Source: Candidatus Micrarchaeota archaeon
Lineage (GTDB): Archaea; Micrarchaeota; Micrarchaeia; Micrarchaeales; CABMGC01
Direction of reading: 5' to 3'
NCBI GenBank assembly: GCA_021801765.1
Contig: JAJYXO010000029.1
Coordinates: 1 to 45,435, forward strand
DNA length: 45,435 bases
A program made the position numbers and the translations under genes. Under the pieces are notes generated by a model that was given only the letters and a program-made list of their open reading frames with translations, was not told the origin of the DNA and ran no database searches. Below, piece after piece: positions 9,660 through 17,444 of the stretch (positions are counted from its first letter, which is position 1; each line of letters opens with the position of its first letter).

Positions 9660-9812
9660 ATGGGAAAATTCAATCTGGCAGATGAAGAACTGACAAGGAT
9701 CTGGATATGCAGAAAGTGCAAGGCTAGAAACAGGGCAGGATCTGCAAAATGCAGGAAGTGCGGCAGCAAGTACATGAGGACCAAGAGGAAGGAGAAGAGG
9801 GTCAAGAAGTAA
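9660..9812 (+). CDS. rpl40e: 50S ribosomal protein L40e (50 aa, below the ORF-track cutoff)
   Basis: Hand translation: MGKFNLADEELTRIWICRKCKARNRAGSAKCRKCGSKYMRTKRKEKRVKK. It has a CxxC...CxxC zinc ribbon, a basic tail, and GGAG 7 nt upstream of the ATG. Confidence 0.85.
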   Translation: MGKFNLADEELTRIWICRKCKARNRAGSAKCRKCGSKYMRTKRKEKRVKK

Positions 9813-9854
9813 TCTTTATAGGCATTGCAGAATAGTATTATGTTATAATGAAGT

Positions 9855-10088
9855 TTGAGTGATCAGATGGCAGAGCTTAATCCAATAGAAGCCGCAGTGG
9901 TGCAGGCAATGAAGGACATCGGCGCCACGAATGAGGAGAAGAAGAAAACTGCAGATGACATAGCTAAGAAATGCAACAGGCCAAAGAGCATGGTGAACAA
10001 CGCACTTGTCTCACTGATAAATAAAGGCGTGATAAAGAGAGTTGCAAGGGAGAAGGCATCTGGGTACTACGTGATACCTGCAGCCTGA
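9855..10088 (+). CDS. Small winged-helix DNA-binding protein
   Basis: 77 aa; TADDIAKKCNRPKSMVNNALVSLINKGVIKRV is HTH-plus-wing-like. Alternative ATG at 9867. Lies 12 nt upstream of the next ORF. Confidence 0.5.
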   Translation: MSDQMAELNPIEAAVVQAMKDIGATNEEKKKTADDIAKKCNRPKSMVNNALVSLINKGVIKRVAREKASGYYVIPAA

Positions 10089-10099
10089 AGGTCAGTTTT

Positions 10100-10987
10100 A
10101 TGGCAGAGAATACGGATTCCATCGAATTCTTTGCCGACTGCCCAGGCTGGTTCTTGAAATCCACCAAAGCAATAGATACAGGCACAAAGCCCCTTGAGGT
10201 AGCTAAGTATCTCGCATTTGTGAGACGAAACGTAGATATAAAGGCATTTACCTTCTTAAACCTTGATCTAGCAGCGCTTTCGAAAGCAGCTTCAAAGATG
10301 ACCGAAGAGCTGAAAGGCATCTCTTCTCTTCCAGTCGCTTACAAGAGAATGGCAGCGAAAGATGGCAAGGAAGCCGTGGAAAGCGCTGTGATGGGCGAAG
10401 AGCATAAGAAGCCGTTTGCAAATGCCTATCTTTTCAGGATGATACTCGAAAACCTTAAGCTGGATTACACCCTGCATCCTGACAGAAACAGGATATTCGC
10501 AGGCTGCGCTGATGGTATTAAGAACGAATCTAAAGGTAGCAAGGATCCTTCCAACGCAATATCTTTCATAGCAAAGTATGGCAAATGGGTTTCAATAAAA
10601 AAGATGAATATCAGAGAAGATACAAAGCCTGAGGAGATAGCAGCGCATCTTACCTCCATAAGGCTAACTCTTGACAAGAAAGCGTTCGAATACACCGGGC
10701 TAAATGCTGCAGGGCCAGATGATTACGTCGCATCGTTAGGTAAGATGCGAAGGAGTGCTGAAAATCTGGAGAAGGCCATCAATATACTCAATTCAAAGGC
10801 AACGGATGTGAAAGTAGCAGAATTTTCAAAAGGCACAAATGACGGGGGAGAGGTTGCAAGAATCTACCTCCTTAGGCAGATGCTACAAGCAATGAAACTT
10901 AATTTCGATGTGAGTCCAGAAGAGCTCACATCTGCCTACCCTAACTTGAAGATACCAATGCCTCCTGGCCGAAAGCCAAAGAAATAG
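10100..10987 (+). CDS. Hypothetical protein with internal duplication and basic GRKPKK tail
   Basis: 295-aa ORF with no antisense competitor of comparable length. Two halves share TKP.E.A..L...R...D.KAF ... YL.R..L...KL. Confidence 0.55.
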   Translation: MAENTDSIEFFADCPGWFLKSTKAIDTGTKPLEVAKYLAFVRRNVDIKAFTFLNLDLAALSKAASKMTEELKGISSLPVAYKRMAAKDGKEAVESAVMGEEHKKPFANAYLFRMILENLKLDYTLHPDRNRIFAGCADGIKNESKGSKDPSNAISFIAKYGKWVSIKKMNIREDTKPEEIAAHLTSIRLTLDKKAFEYTGLNAAGPDDYVASLGKMRRSAENLEKAINILNSKATDVKVAEFSKGTNDGGEVARIYLLRQMLQAMKLNFDVSPEELTSAYPNLKIPMPPGRKPKK

Positions 10988-11083
10988 TAGGTTACATCTT
11001 AAACTGCCTTTAAGCGAGAGTGGCGATTTGGGCTGCATAACAGAATGCCTGCACTGTTGGCATTATAATACTGCAGCTATCCA

Positions 11084-11218
11084 CTAAATCTTAAAACTGT
11101 GGTTGCATTTGGTGCAGAACTCCTCTCTTTCGCTGCTGCTCTTCGTAGATATTTTTGCATGCCATTCGCTTTTACAGTAACAACTGCATCCTATCATCGC
11201 CTGACAATTCCTGCACAT
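11084..11218 (-). CDS. Candidate 44-aa Cys-rich zinc-ribbon protein
   Basis: Hand translation: MCRNCQAMIGCSCYCKSEWHAKISTKSSSEREEFCTKCNHSFKI. Two CxxC pairs are about 30 aa apart. GGTGA lies 5 nt upstream of the ATG and an A/T-rich box lies about 30 nt upstream. No homology recognised. Confidence 0.3.
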   Translation of the reverse strand: MCRNCQAMIGCSCYCKSEWHAKISTKSSSEREEFCTKCNHSFKI

Positions 11219-11284
11219 AACATTCACCGATGCTTATCCTGACTTCTATCTTTTATTCTTTTTGTCACTCTGAAATTTCTAATG

Positions 11285-11388
11285 TGCAGGGGGAGAGATT
11301 TGAACTCTCGAAGGCGCTAAGCCACAGGATCTTAAGTCCTGCGCAATTTTCTGTGGCCAAATGCCAGACCAGGCTCTGCCACCCCTGC
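11285..11388 (-). tRNA. tRNA-Leu(UAA) with an insertion of about 18-20 nt (putative non-canonical intron) in the D-arm
   Basis: Reverse complement: GCAGGGG TG GCA GAGCCTGGTC[TGGCATTTGGCCACAGAAAAT]TGC G CAGGA CTTAAGA TCCTG T GGCTTAGCGCCTTC GAGAG TTCAAAT CTCTC CCCCTGC A. Acceptor, anticodon, long variable arm and T arms all pair. It is 104 nt versus about 85 expected. CCA is not encoded. Confidence 0.8.
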
Positions 11389-11400
11389 ATTGTGAACAGG

Positions 11401-12141
11401 CTAGGCGTACATCGACGGGCCAGAACCTACGTTGTCTGCGTTGGCATAATGCTCGTGGGATTCTTTGACCTTGCTCATCATCTCGCTTATCTTTGCCTCA
11501 ACCTCCTTTGCCTCCTCCTCCAGTTCGCTTAGATCGACTTCTACACCGAGGAGTTTATTAAGTCCTGTTATAGCTATTTCTGCATACTTTGGATCCATTA
11601 TCGAAGGATTGACTTCCACAAGTATATCTATTGCAGGTATGCCGAACTCCTTCGCATTAACCAGCAGCGAAGCGCTAACTCCAGCAACGACGCCTTCTTC
11701 AATAGCTTTTATGCCAATCTTGCCTGCCTTCTTAACAGTGCTTTCGTCAGAGGATGTCATGTATATGGTATCTGATGGCTTCTGCGAAGGCATGCCTCCT
11801 ACTGAAACCATGCGCAATACTCCATACTTCCTAGCAAAGGCGAGTATCTCTGAAGTAAGTTGGTAGACAGCGTTAGCTGCTATGGCGAACTCAGCAATGA
11901 AGAGCACCAGCTTATACTTCTCGTTCTTGTATATGCGCGCCGGATGCATTGGCACCGCATCGTGAACAGCCGCTATAGGAGGGAACAAGTCACTTGATAT
12001 ATATCCTATATATTTCATGTTGAGCTTCTCTATCATATAGCTGCCTGACATGGTTCCTACAAGGCCTATGCCTGGAAATGCCTCTATGAGCGTATATCCC
12101 TTTATCGTTTCTTTCTCATCGAAAAGCCTTATGCCAATCAT
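11401..12141 (-). CDS. PAC2-family proteasome assembly chaperone (PbaA/B-like)
   Basis: LIEAFPGIGLVGTMSGSYMIEKLNM... is typical of PAC2/COG1938. ATG 12141 is preferred over TTG 12162 because the TTTAAAT box at 12171-12178 would be too close to the latter. Confidence 0.75.
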   Translation of the reverse strand: MIGIRLFDEKETIKGYTLIEAFPGIGLVGTMSGSYMIEKLNMKYIGYISSDLFPPIAAVHDAVPMHPARIYKNEKYKLVLFIAEFAIAANAVYQLTSEILAFARKYGVLRMVSVGGMPSQKPSDTIYMTSSDESTVKKAGKIGIKAIEEGVVAGVSASLLVNAKEFGIPAIDILVEVNPSIMDPKYAEIAITGLNKLLGVEVDLSELEEEAKEVEAKISEMMSKVKESHEHYANADNVGSGPSMYA

Positions 12142-12274
12142 GGAATCATATAGTAGAACCAAGAATAAGAATTTAAAGCTATACTTGGCGACGCAGGCAT
12201 CTGTTATATTTTAATGACGTATCTCCGATGATAAATATAAAAAGATATACCTTTCATCTAATACCGGTGAAAGT

Positions 12275-12520
12275 ATGGCTGAAAGAATGACAGATGAAAA
12301 AATAAAGAGAGAAGATGGCTACCTCTACTTTCTGGGAAAAGATGGGTATGCATGGAGAACACCCATGAAGAACAACCCTAGGGGCAGAAAGGCGAAAGTC
12401 GGAAGCGAGAAGGTACCAAGAGAAGAAGGATACCTCTACTTCATAGACAAGAGCGGGTACGTAGCTAGAACCAAGATGAACAGGAGGGGAAGGGTAAGCA
12501 CCGCAAGGCGAAGAAGATAA
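12275..12520 (+). CDS. Small basic protein with duplicated E(D/E)GYLYF..K.GY..R motif
   Basis: 81 aa; KREDGYLYFLGKDGYAWRTPMK and PREEGYLYFIDKSGYVARTKMN; Arg-rich C-terminal tail. Confidence 0.6.
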   Translation: MAERMTDEKIKREDGYLYFLGKDGYAWRTPMKNNPRGRKAKVGSEKVPREEGYLYFIDKSGYVARTKMNRRGRVSTARRRR

Positions 12521-12523
12521 TCT

Positions 12524-12560
12524 AATTTTATAATTTTTTATTTTTAAATTTTTTATTTTA
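12524..12560 (+). terminator. Oligo-T archaeal-type terminator region
   Basis: aattttataattttttatttttaaattttttatttt lies immediately after the stop at 12518-12520. Confidence 0.5.
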
Positions 12561-12901
12561 ATAATTGTTTAACTGCGCAGATAGAAATCCAAATCTTGCA
12601 GAATGCTGGAGCGAGTTGCAAAGAAGGCTATATCCTTTCTTCATAATAATTAGTAAGTGATCTGGATCCTCAATTTCTAGAAAGGCCAGTCCTATTCCAA
12701 GGTATGGATTGATCATTTAATTTTAGCCTCTCAAGCCTATTTAAGACAAAGGGCATTACAACAATTCACTTTTTTACTTTTTGCTTTGCTACTTGAAAAT
12801 AACGGATTTTATGCCTCTACGGCAAGAGGTTTGCTGATTTCCTTTCAGCGAAAGGTTATTAAATGCATGTGTTTATTTAATAGCAACCAAAAAGGAATGA
12901 T

Positions 12902-13435
12902 ATGATGGGAAAATTTAGATTGCAAAGCGCAATGGAATACCTGATGACCTACGGCTGGGCCATCTTGATAATAGCTGTAACACTTGGTGCATTGGCGTTC
13001 CTAGGAGTATTCAGCGGAACAGGATTGCTCCCTACTGCTTGCATAGCGTCATCTGGCTATATATGCAACAACCCCGTATACATCCACCAGACCGGCGGAG
13101 AAGGTAACCTTATAGTCACAATAGGGCAGTCTACAGGAACTCAATGGAATACTGCAAATGTGTATTTCGTTCCACAATCTAGCGAGGGCTCTGTGGCCTC
13201 TGGAACATCTCTGACTTCGGCTTCGTATGTGGGATCAAACACTAACGGCGGTACCGGATGGACATTCCCAAGCGGTATGCAACAATCAGTGACTATACAA
13301 ATACCTACATCTTCGGGGACAACTCCGCCAGGGACATCGCTTCAAGGCTATCTGTGGGTTACATATACCACGTCTTCAGCCGGCGCTGCGCCGCTAGAGA
13401 CAGAGTTTGCAACAGTCACTGCAAAGGCGTCCTGA
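12902..13435 (+). CDS. Class-III signal peptide (archaeal type IV pilin-like, DUF361-type) protein
   Basis: N-terminus MMGKFRLQSAMEYLMTYGWAILIIAVTLGALAFLGVF is a basic stretch plus Q-S-x-E-Y-L plus a hydrophobic helix. The remainder is Ser/Thr/Gly-rich and beta-type. Confidence 0.75.
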   Translation: MMGKFRLQSAMEYLMTYGWAILIIAVTLGALAFLGVFSGTGLLPTACIASSGYICNNPVYIHQTGGEGNLIVTIGQSTGTQWNTANVYFVPQSSEGSVASGTSLTSASYVGSNTNGGTGWTFPSGMQQSVTIQIPTSSGTTPPGTSLQGYLWVTYTTSSAGAAPLETEFATVTAKAS

Positions 13436-13491
13436 CTTTTCAGGCCCTTTCTTTTATTTTTAGATTTTTAGGATTAGTTTTCTAATATTTT
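13436..13491. terminator. T/A-tract convergent terminator region between the pilin-like gene and dph2
   Basis: cttttcaggccctttcttttatttttagatttttaggattagttttctaatatttt. Confidence 0.4.
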
Positions 13492-14403
13492 CTACTTCTT
13501 TTCCTCTTTTATCTTTATTACTTCTATGAGTTCGTTCGCACTCAGCAGCGGCTTCCTGAGCCTATCTATGTCATCTATCCCTATCCTAGGGCATGCAGTA
13601 TTCACAAATGCATCGAAGCATAGCATGTTGTTCACCGCGTCAAAGTCTACATTGTTGGATACGAGTATCTCTGCCTTCATTCCAGCTTTCGCTATCTTCT
13701 CTTTTAACAGCTTCGCAAGGTTCATGTTGAACTGCCCATTCTTGGTACTGACGAGTATGCCGAAGCTCTTCGCGTTAATAGCTGCCGCAATTTTCCCTGT
13801 GCTCTTCTTCCTGTAAATCTCCCTGTATCTGTCTATCCTCTCAACGCGTTTCAAGAATGGATCCACCATAAAGAATGGTTTTGATGTGTGGAGCAGCGCA
13901 CCTATCGGGTGGAAGATGCCGCCGCCGAAGTAAACATGCGCATCCACATGCCTGTCTATTGAAGCCGAACTTCCTATGTCGCATCCTAATATCTGCCCAT
14001 TCTGCTTTGCAAAGCCATACGGTTTCCCTATGAATACTTCCTTGCCCTCCTTCTCGTAGAAATTCCTTATATCATCTAACTGGTGTATATGCTGTATGGT
14101 GGTGCATATTCCCAACTTTTGGTAAGGCGCCAATCCTGCCGAAGAGAGCTTCAGCACCCCAAGGTCCGCATCTATCTTGTAATGCACATACTCTACGTTA
14201 AAGTCAATTTTGTGGAATTCTGCATGACCGAAGTGAACAAGCTTCTCTGCGCCTATAGTCTTTGCTTCATCTATAGCCAGATCGCAGGCACCGTAAGTAG
14301 GAGATGACGAGATGAAGACCTCATGGCCTTCTCTCTCAAGCGATTCGGCGTGGTCCAAAGCCTGCTGCTTTAGGCCTTCTGGAAATTGCAGTAGAATACG
14401 CAT
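13492..14403 (-). CDS. dph2: Diphthamide synthase subunit Dph2 (2-(3-amino-3-carboxypropyl)histidine synthase)
   Basis: MRILLQFPEGLK...SSSPTYGACDL...ILGCDIG...FVNTACPRIG gives the three spaced Cys of the radical-SAM-like Dph2 fold. Confidence 0.85.
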   Translation of the reverse strand: MRILLQFPEGLKQQALDHAESLEREGHEVFISSSPTYGACDLAIDEAKTIGAEKLVHFGHAEFHKIDFNVEYVHYKIDADLGVLKLSSAGLAPYQKLGICTTIQHIHQLDDIRNFYEKEGKEVFIGKPYGFAKQNGQILGCDIGSSASIDRHVDAHVYFGGGIFHPIGALLHTSKPFFMVDPFLKRVERIDRYREIYRKKSTGKIAAAINAKSFGILVSTKNGQFNMNLAKLLKEKIAKAGMKAEILVSNNVDFDAVNNMLCFDAFVNTACPRIGIDDIDRLRKPLLSANELIEVIKIKEEKK

Positions 14404-14461
14404 TCGTCATCACTGTGGTTGCATCCTAACATTTATATTGGCTCCTATATAAAAGTATTGC
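14404..14461. promoter_or_regulatory. Divergent promoter region (dph2 / idi)
   Basis: 58-bp spacer with TTTATATT (about 14432-14439) and TATATAAAAG (about 14445-14454). Confidence 0.4.
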
Positions 14462-14995
14462 ATGGAGCAGAGCGTTATCCTTGTGGACTCCAGAGGCAGA
14501 AGGATAGGCACCGAACAGAAGCTCAAAGCGCATTCAAATGGCGGAATATGGCATAGGGCCATATCCATATTTGCATTCAACGATAAAGGAGAGACCCTGC
14601 TGCAAAGAAGGGCATTCATAAAATATCATACCCCTGGTAAATGGTCTAACACATGCTGCAGCCATCCTGCACCAGGAGAAAAAGCAATTAGCGCAGCTCA
14701 TAGAAGGCTTATGGAGGAGATGGGATTCAGTTGCAAACTCAAGAATGCTTTTATGTTTAAATATGAAGCAGATGTTGGAAAAGGTCTAACTGAGAAGGAA
14801 TATGACTACATCTTTTTCGGTAGGTTCAATGGCGAGCCTAAGCCCAACTCCGACGAGGTTTCTGAATACAAATGGATGGGCTTGCAAGAACTAACCAGCG
14901 ACATAAACAAGAACCCCGATTCGTATACCCCCTGGCTAAGGCTTATGATCGGAGAGGTTTCCAAAAAGTATATGCAGCTCAAGGATGAGATCTAA
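14462..14995 (+). CDS. idi: Isopentenyl-diphosphate delta-isomerase, type 1 (Nudix family)
   Basis: HRAISIFAFNDKGETLLQRRA..K...PGKWSNTCCSHP ... EKEYDYIF... gives the catalytic Cys/Glu context of IDI-1. Confidence 0.85.
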   Translation: MEQSVILVDSRGRRIGTEQKLKAHSNGGIWHRAISIFAFNDKGETLLQRRAFIKYHTPGKWSNTCCSHPAPGEKAISAAHRRLMEEMGFSCKLKNAFMFKYEADVGKGLTEKEYDYIFFGRFNGEPKPNSDEVSEYKWMGLQELTSDINKNPDSYTPWLRLMIGEVSKKYMQLKDEI

Positions 14996-15537
14996 GCCGC
15001 AGTTCCTTTAGACTTCAGCATCTCGCTAATTTCTATCTTATATGTGCCTGATAGCTTAGATGCAGCTCTCTTGAGCGCCTCCATCGCTATCCTCCTATTG
15101 TTCTTATCTGCTTTCACTTCGAGCACTCCCTGCCCTTTCCCCACCCTAGCTGCGACTGATATGCCTTTTCCAAAGGAAAGAGACATACCCTGCGAGAGCC
15201 TGTCTGCCCCCGCCCCTGTAGCTCTCTTCTTCTCCCTTATCACGTTGTGAGGGTAAGTTACCACTCTGAAGAAGTAGTTTCCAGGTATCTCTCTTTCGAG
15301 GTGCTTGTTTGCCACCTGCCTTGCAGCCTCGAGTGAATTAGACCTAAGCTGGACTCTCTGGTTGGAGCAGAGCCTAAACGAGAGCTCATAAGAAGGTTTG
15401 TCAACGCCCATTCTAAAGACCAGAAGGCTCGTGTGTGGCAATGCTTTCACATAGCTCTTCTTAGGTTTCTTTACTGAGTACCTGCTCCACGCCTGGCTGT
15501 TGGGAGTCCTCATGGTCCTCGCTGGTCTAAGCTTCAT
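14992..15537 (-). CDS. rpl10e: 50S ribosomal protein L10e (uL16)
   Basis: MKLRPARTMRTPNSQAWSRYSVKKPKKSYVKALP...LVFRMG... is the L10e pattern. 4-nt tail overlap with idi. Confidence 0.9.
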   Translation of the reverse strand: MKLRPARTMRTPNSQAWSRYSVKKPKKSYVKALPHTSLLVFRMGVDKPSYELSFRLCSNQRVQLRSNSLEAARQVANKHLEREIPGNYFFRVVTYPHNVIREKKRATGAGADRLSQGMSLSFGKGISVAARVGKGQGVLEVKADKNNRRIAMEALKRAASKLSGTYKIEISEMLKSKGTAA

Positions 15538-16036
15538 GAATATACCTGTATTAATATTCTAAGAAATGTATTTATACCTTGGCGTTATGGGGCTTTTATA
15601 GGAACTTGACATTTACATTCAATTACCTAGACAAGCCCAATTTCCTTAATAACATAGAGGAGACGATGCAAGACCTTAGATTTCCAATTAAGGCAATTGT
15701 CATGACCTGAGAACATGCCAAAACAAACAACGATAAGAAACCAACAAACCCCCGGTGGGAAAAGGATTCTTCTATCATATGCGATTCGCTTTTATCCAAC
15801 CATGAAGGGCATAGGTTTCCCTCCCACATTGTTAAGTTTTACGTTTTGTCAACTCCTATGACCTCCTTTGCCCATCTTTCAATGCAGCGAGCCGTCAATA
15901 TAACCTCAACATTTCTACCACGAGTATATTCAGCCAACCTCGTTTTAAAAAACAAAGAGGTATATTGTAGAAAGGTTTAAATAGTTTATTAAAGTATATT
16001 TATTTTACTTAAATAAATGATTATATAGTTGATTAT

Positions 16037-16408
16037 ATGATATCCCGACATAAAATTGTCTCAATATGTATAAAAACACTGTTCCTAGCATCTACCCTAT
16101 CGCTGGCGGCCAAGCCTGCTTACGGGTTTATTCCGCTACCGAACCTTGACATACTATCTACATTATCTTATGTGCAGGCCCTTTTGATGAAGGTAGGGCC
16201 TCTTCTAAGCGCTGTTTTGTTCGTAACCGCAGGCATATTCTATGCTATAGGCCAATTTTTCCCTTCATACAAGAGGGCAAGCCTACATGGCATGTCCATA
16301 GATATGATAATAGGCGCGATAGTTGTCGCTGCACTATCAGTTGCATCTACTGGCCTCGCCGCAGCTTCAACCAACCTGCTCTCAAACATTACCTCAAACT
16401 CACTGTGA
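16037..16408 (+). CDS. P1: small secreted two-helix membrane protein, VirB2/TrbC/TedC/CedA1-like layout (candidate conjugative-type pilin)
   Basis: Signal-peptide-like N-terminus (MISRHK + IVSICIKTLFLASTLSLAA + KPAYG). Then hydrophobic helix 1 (LLSAVLFVTAGIFYAIGQFF), a basic loop PSYKRASLHG, and hydrophobic helix 2 (IIGAIVVAALSVASTGLAAA). Confidence 0.55.
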   Translation: MISRHKIVSICIKTLFLASTLSLAAKPAYGFIPLPNLDILSTLSYVQALLMKVGPLLSAVLFVTAGIFYAIGQFFPSYKRASLHGMSIDMIIGAIVVAALSVASTGLAAASTNLLSNITSNSL

Positions 16409-16412
16409 GAAG

Positions 16413-17444
16413 ATGCGACTATTTTGGGAATATGGTTTTTCCATAGCCGTAGACCTGATAGCGATAATGATCGCAGTAAGCGGCATATCGCTTGGAATTG
16501 GATATGCGTTTAACGAGAAGAGGCTCAAAGAATTCGGCAGGCAGGAGCTCTTCCAGTCTATATTCAACGGTATCCTTGTCGGGTGCTTGCTTGCCCTTTT
16601 TTCCACGCATGGCATAATTGGGAATCTTATAACTGCACTAACGCAATCAAAAGGCACAAGTTTTTCGTGCAGCGAGGCGTTGTCAGGAAACCCTGCAATA
16701 TGCTTTGCCTATAACTATCTGGTAGGCATTGGGCCTTACACATTTATGGGCCAAAGCAATCAATCTGTACTTAGCGTTTCTACGGAACTAATAACTGGCC
16801 TCCTGGGGCTTAATGCGATCATCGGCATAGTAGCTGGTATAAAGATCAATATATTTGTCATTAGCATTTCGTTGGCTTCAGTATTGAGCCCAATAATAAA
16901 TGAAATACAATATATCATACGAATCCTCGCAGACGTATCAATAAGTGCAATAGTACAGGCATCTCTGCTAATGTTCGTATCTGTAAGCTCAATTACTGCA
17001 ATACTGCCGACAGGCCTGATCCTAAGGTCATTTCTACCAACGCGGAAGATAGGTGGATTCCTGATATCTCTCAGCATAGGGTTCTACGTCGTCTTCCCCC
17101 TCACATACGTATTCAATGCTGCTCTCATAAGCTCCTATTCTGGCAGCATCAGCAACACTTCAATAGGCTCTGTAAGCATCAACGCTTCAAACCTTGAAAA
17201 TACGCTTCTTTCTGCAAACCCTGGCACTAACGAGAGCCTAAGTCGGCACATAGCATCGCTTGCTTCGGGCATCGAGGCGTCTCTCGCAGGTATGATGAAT
17301 GGCATAATGTCGGATGTTGCATATCTGCTGATGTATGCATTTATCCTGCCCGCATTCAGCCTTATCTTAACTGCCGTATCAATTAGAGAAATAGCCTCGT
17401 TGCTAGGGTCAGAGGTATTTTTTGGTAGGTTCAGGTTATTATGA
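16413..17444 (+). CDS. P2: polytopic (about 7 TM) membrane protein, VirB6/TrbL/CedA-like by layout only
   Basis: ATG 16413 lies 4 nt after the P1 stop; the ORF-track start at 16323 overlaps P1. There are multiple 20-25-aa hydrophobic segments and Asn/Ser-rich loops carrying N-x-S/T sequons. Confidence 0.6.
   Translation: MRLFWEYGFSIAVDLIAIMIAVSGISLGIGYAFNEKRLKEFGRQELFQSIFNGILVGCLLALFSTHGIIGNLITALTQSKGTSFSCSEALSGNPAICFAYNYLVGIGPYTFMGQSNQSVLSVSTELITGLLGLNAIIGIVAGIKINIFVISISLASVLSPIINEIQYIIRILADVSISAIVQASLLMFVSVSSITAILPTGLILRSFLPTRKIGGFLISLSIGFYVVFPLTYVFNAALISSYSGSISNTSIGSVSINASNLENTLLSANPGTNESLSRHIASLASGIEASLAGMMNGIMSDVAYLLMYAFILPAFSLILTAVSIREIASLLGSEVFFGRFRLL

Noticed and set aside
11230-11532. 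100-aa plus-strand ORF
   Set aside because: It runs antisense across the tRNA-Leu gene and into the 3' end of the PAC2 gene.
15623-15829. 68-aa minus-strand ORF, plus a stop-bounded fragment of about 40 codons (…AEYTRGRNVEVILTARCIERWAKEVIGVDKT*) at about 15844-15970 in the island's left junction
   Set aside because: I see no start or SD context and recognise no family. It could be a decayed gene remnant, but I cannot support a call; it is mentioned under the island finding.
16323-16412. Upstream extension of P2 proposed by the ORF track (start 16323)
   Set aside because: It overlaps the last 86 nt of P1 in another frame. ATG 16413, 4 nt after the P1 stop, begins directly with a TM helix and fits the coupling pattern of the operon.
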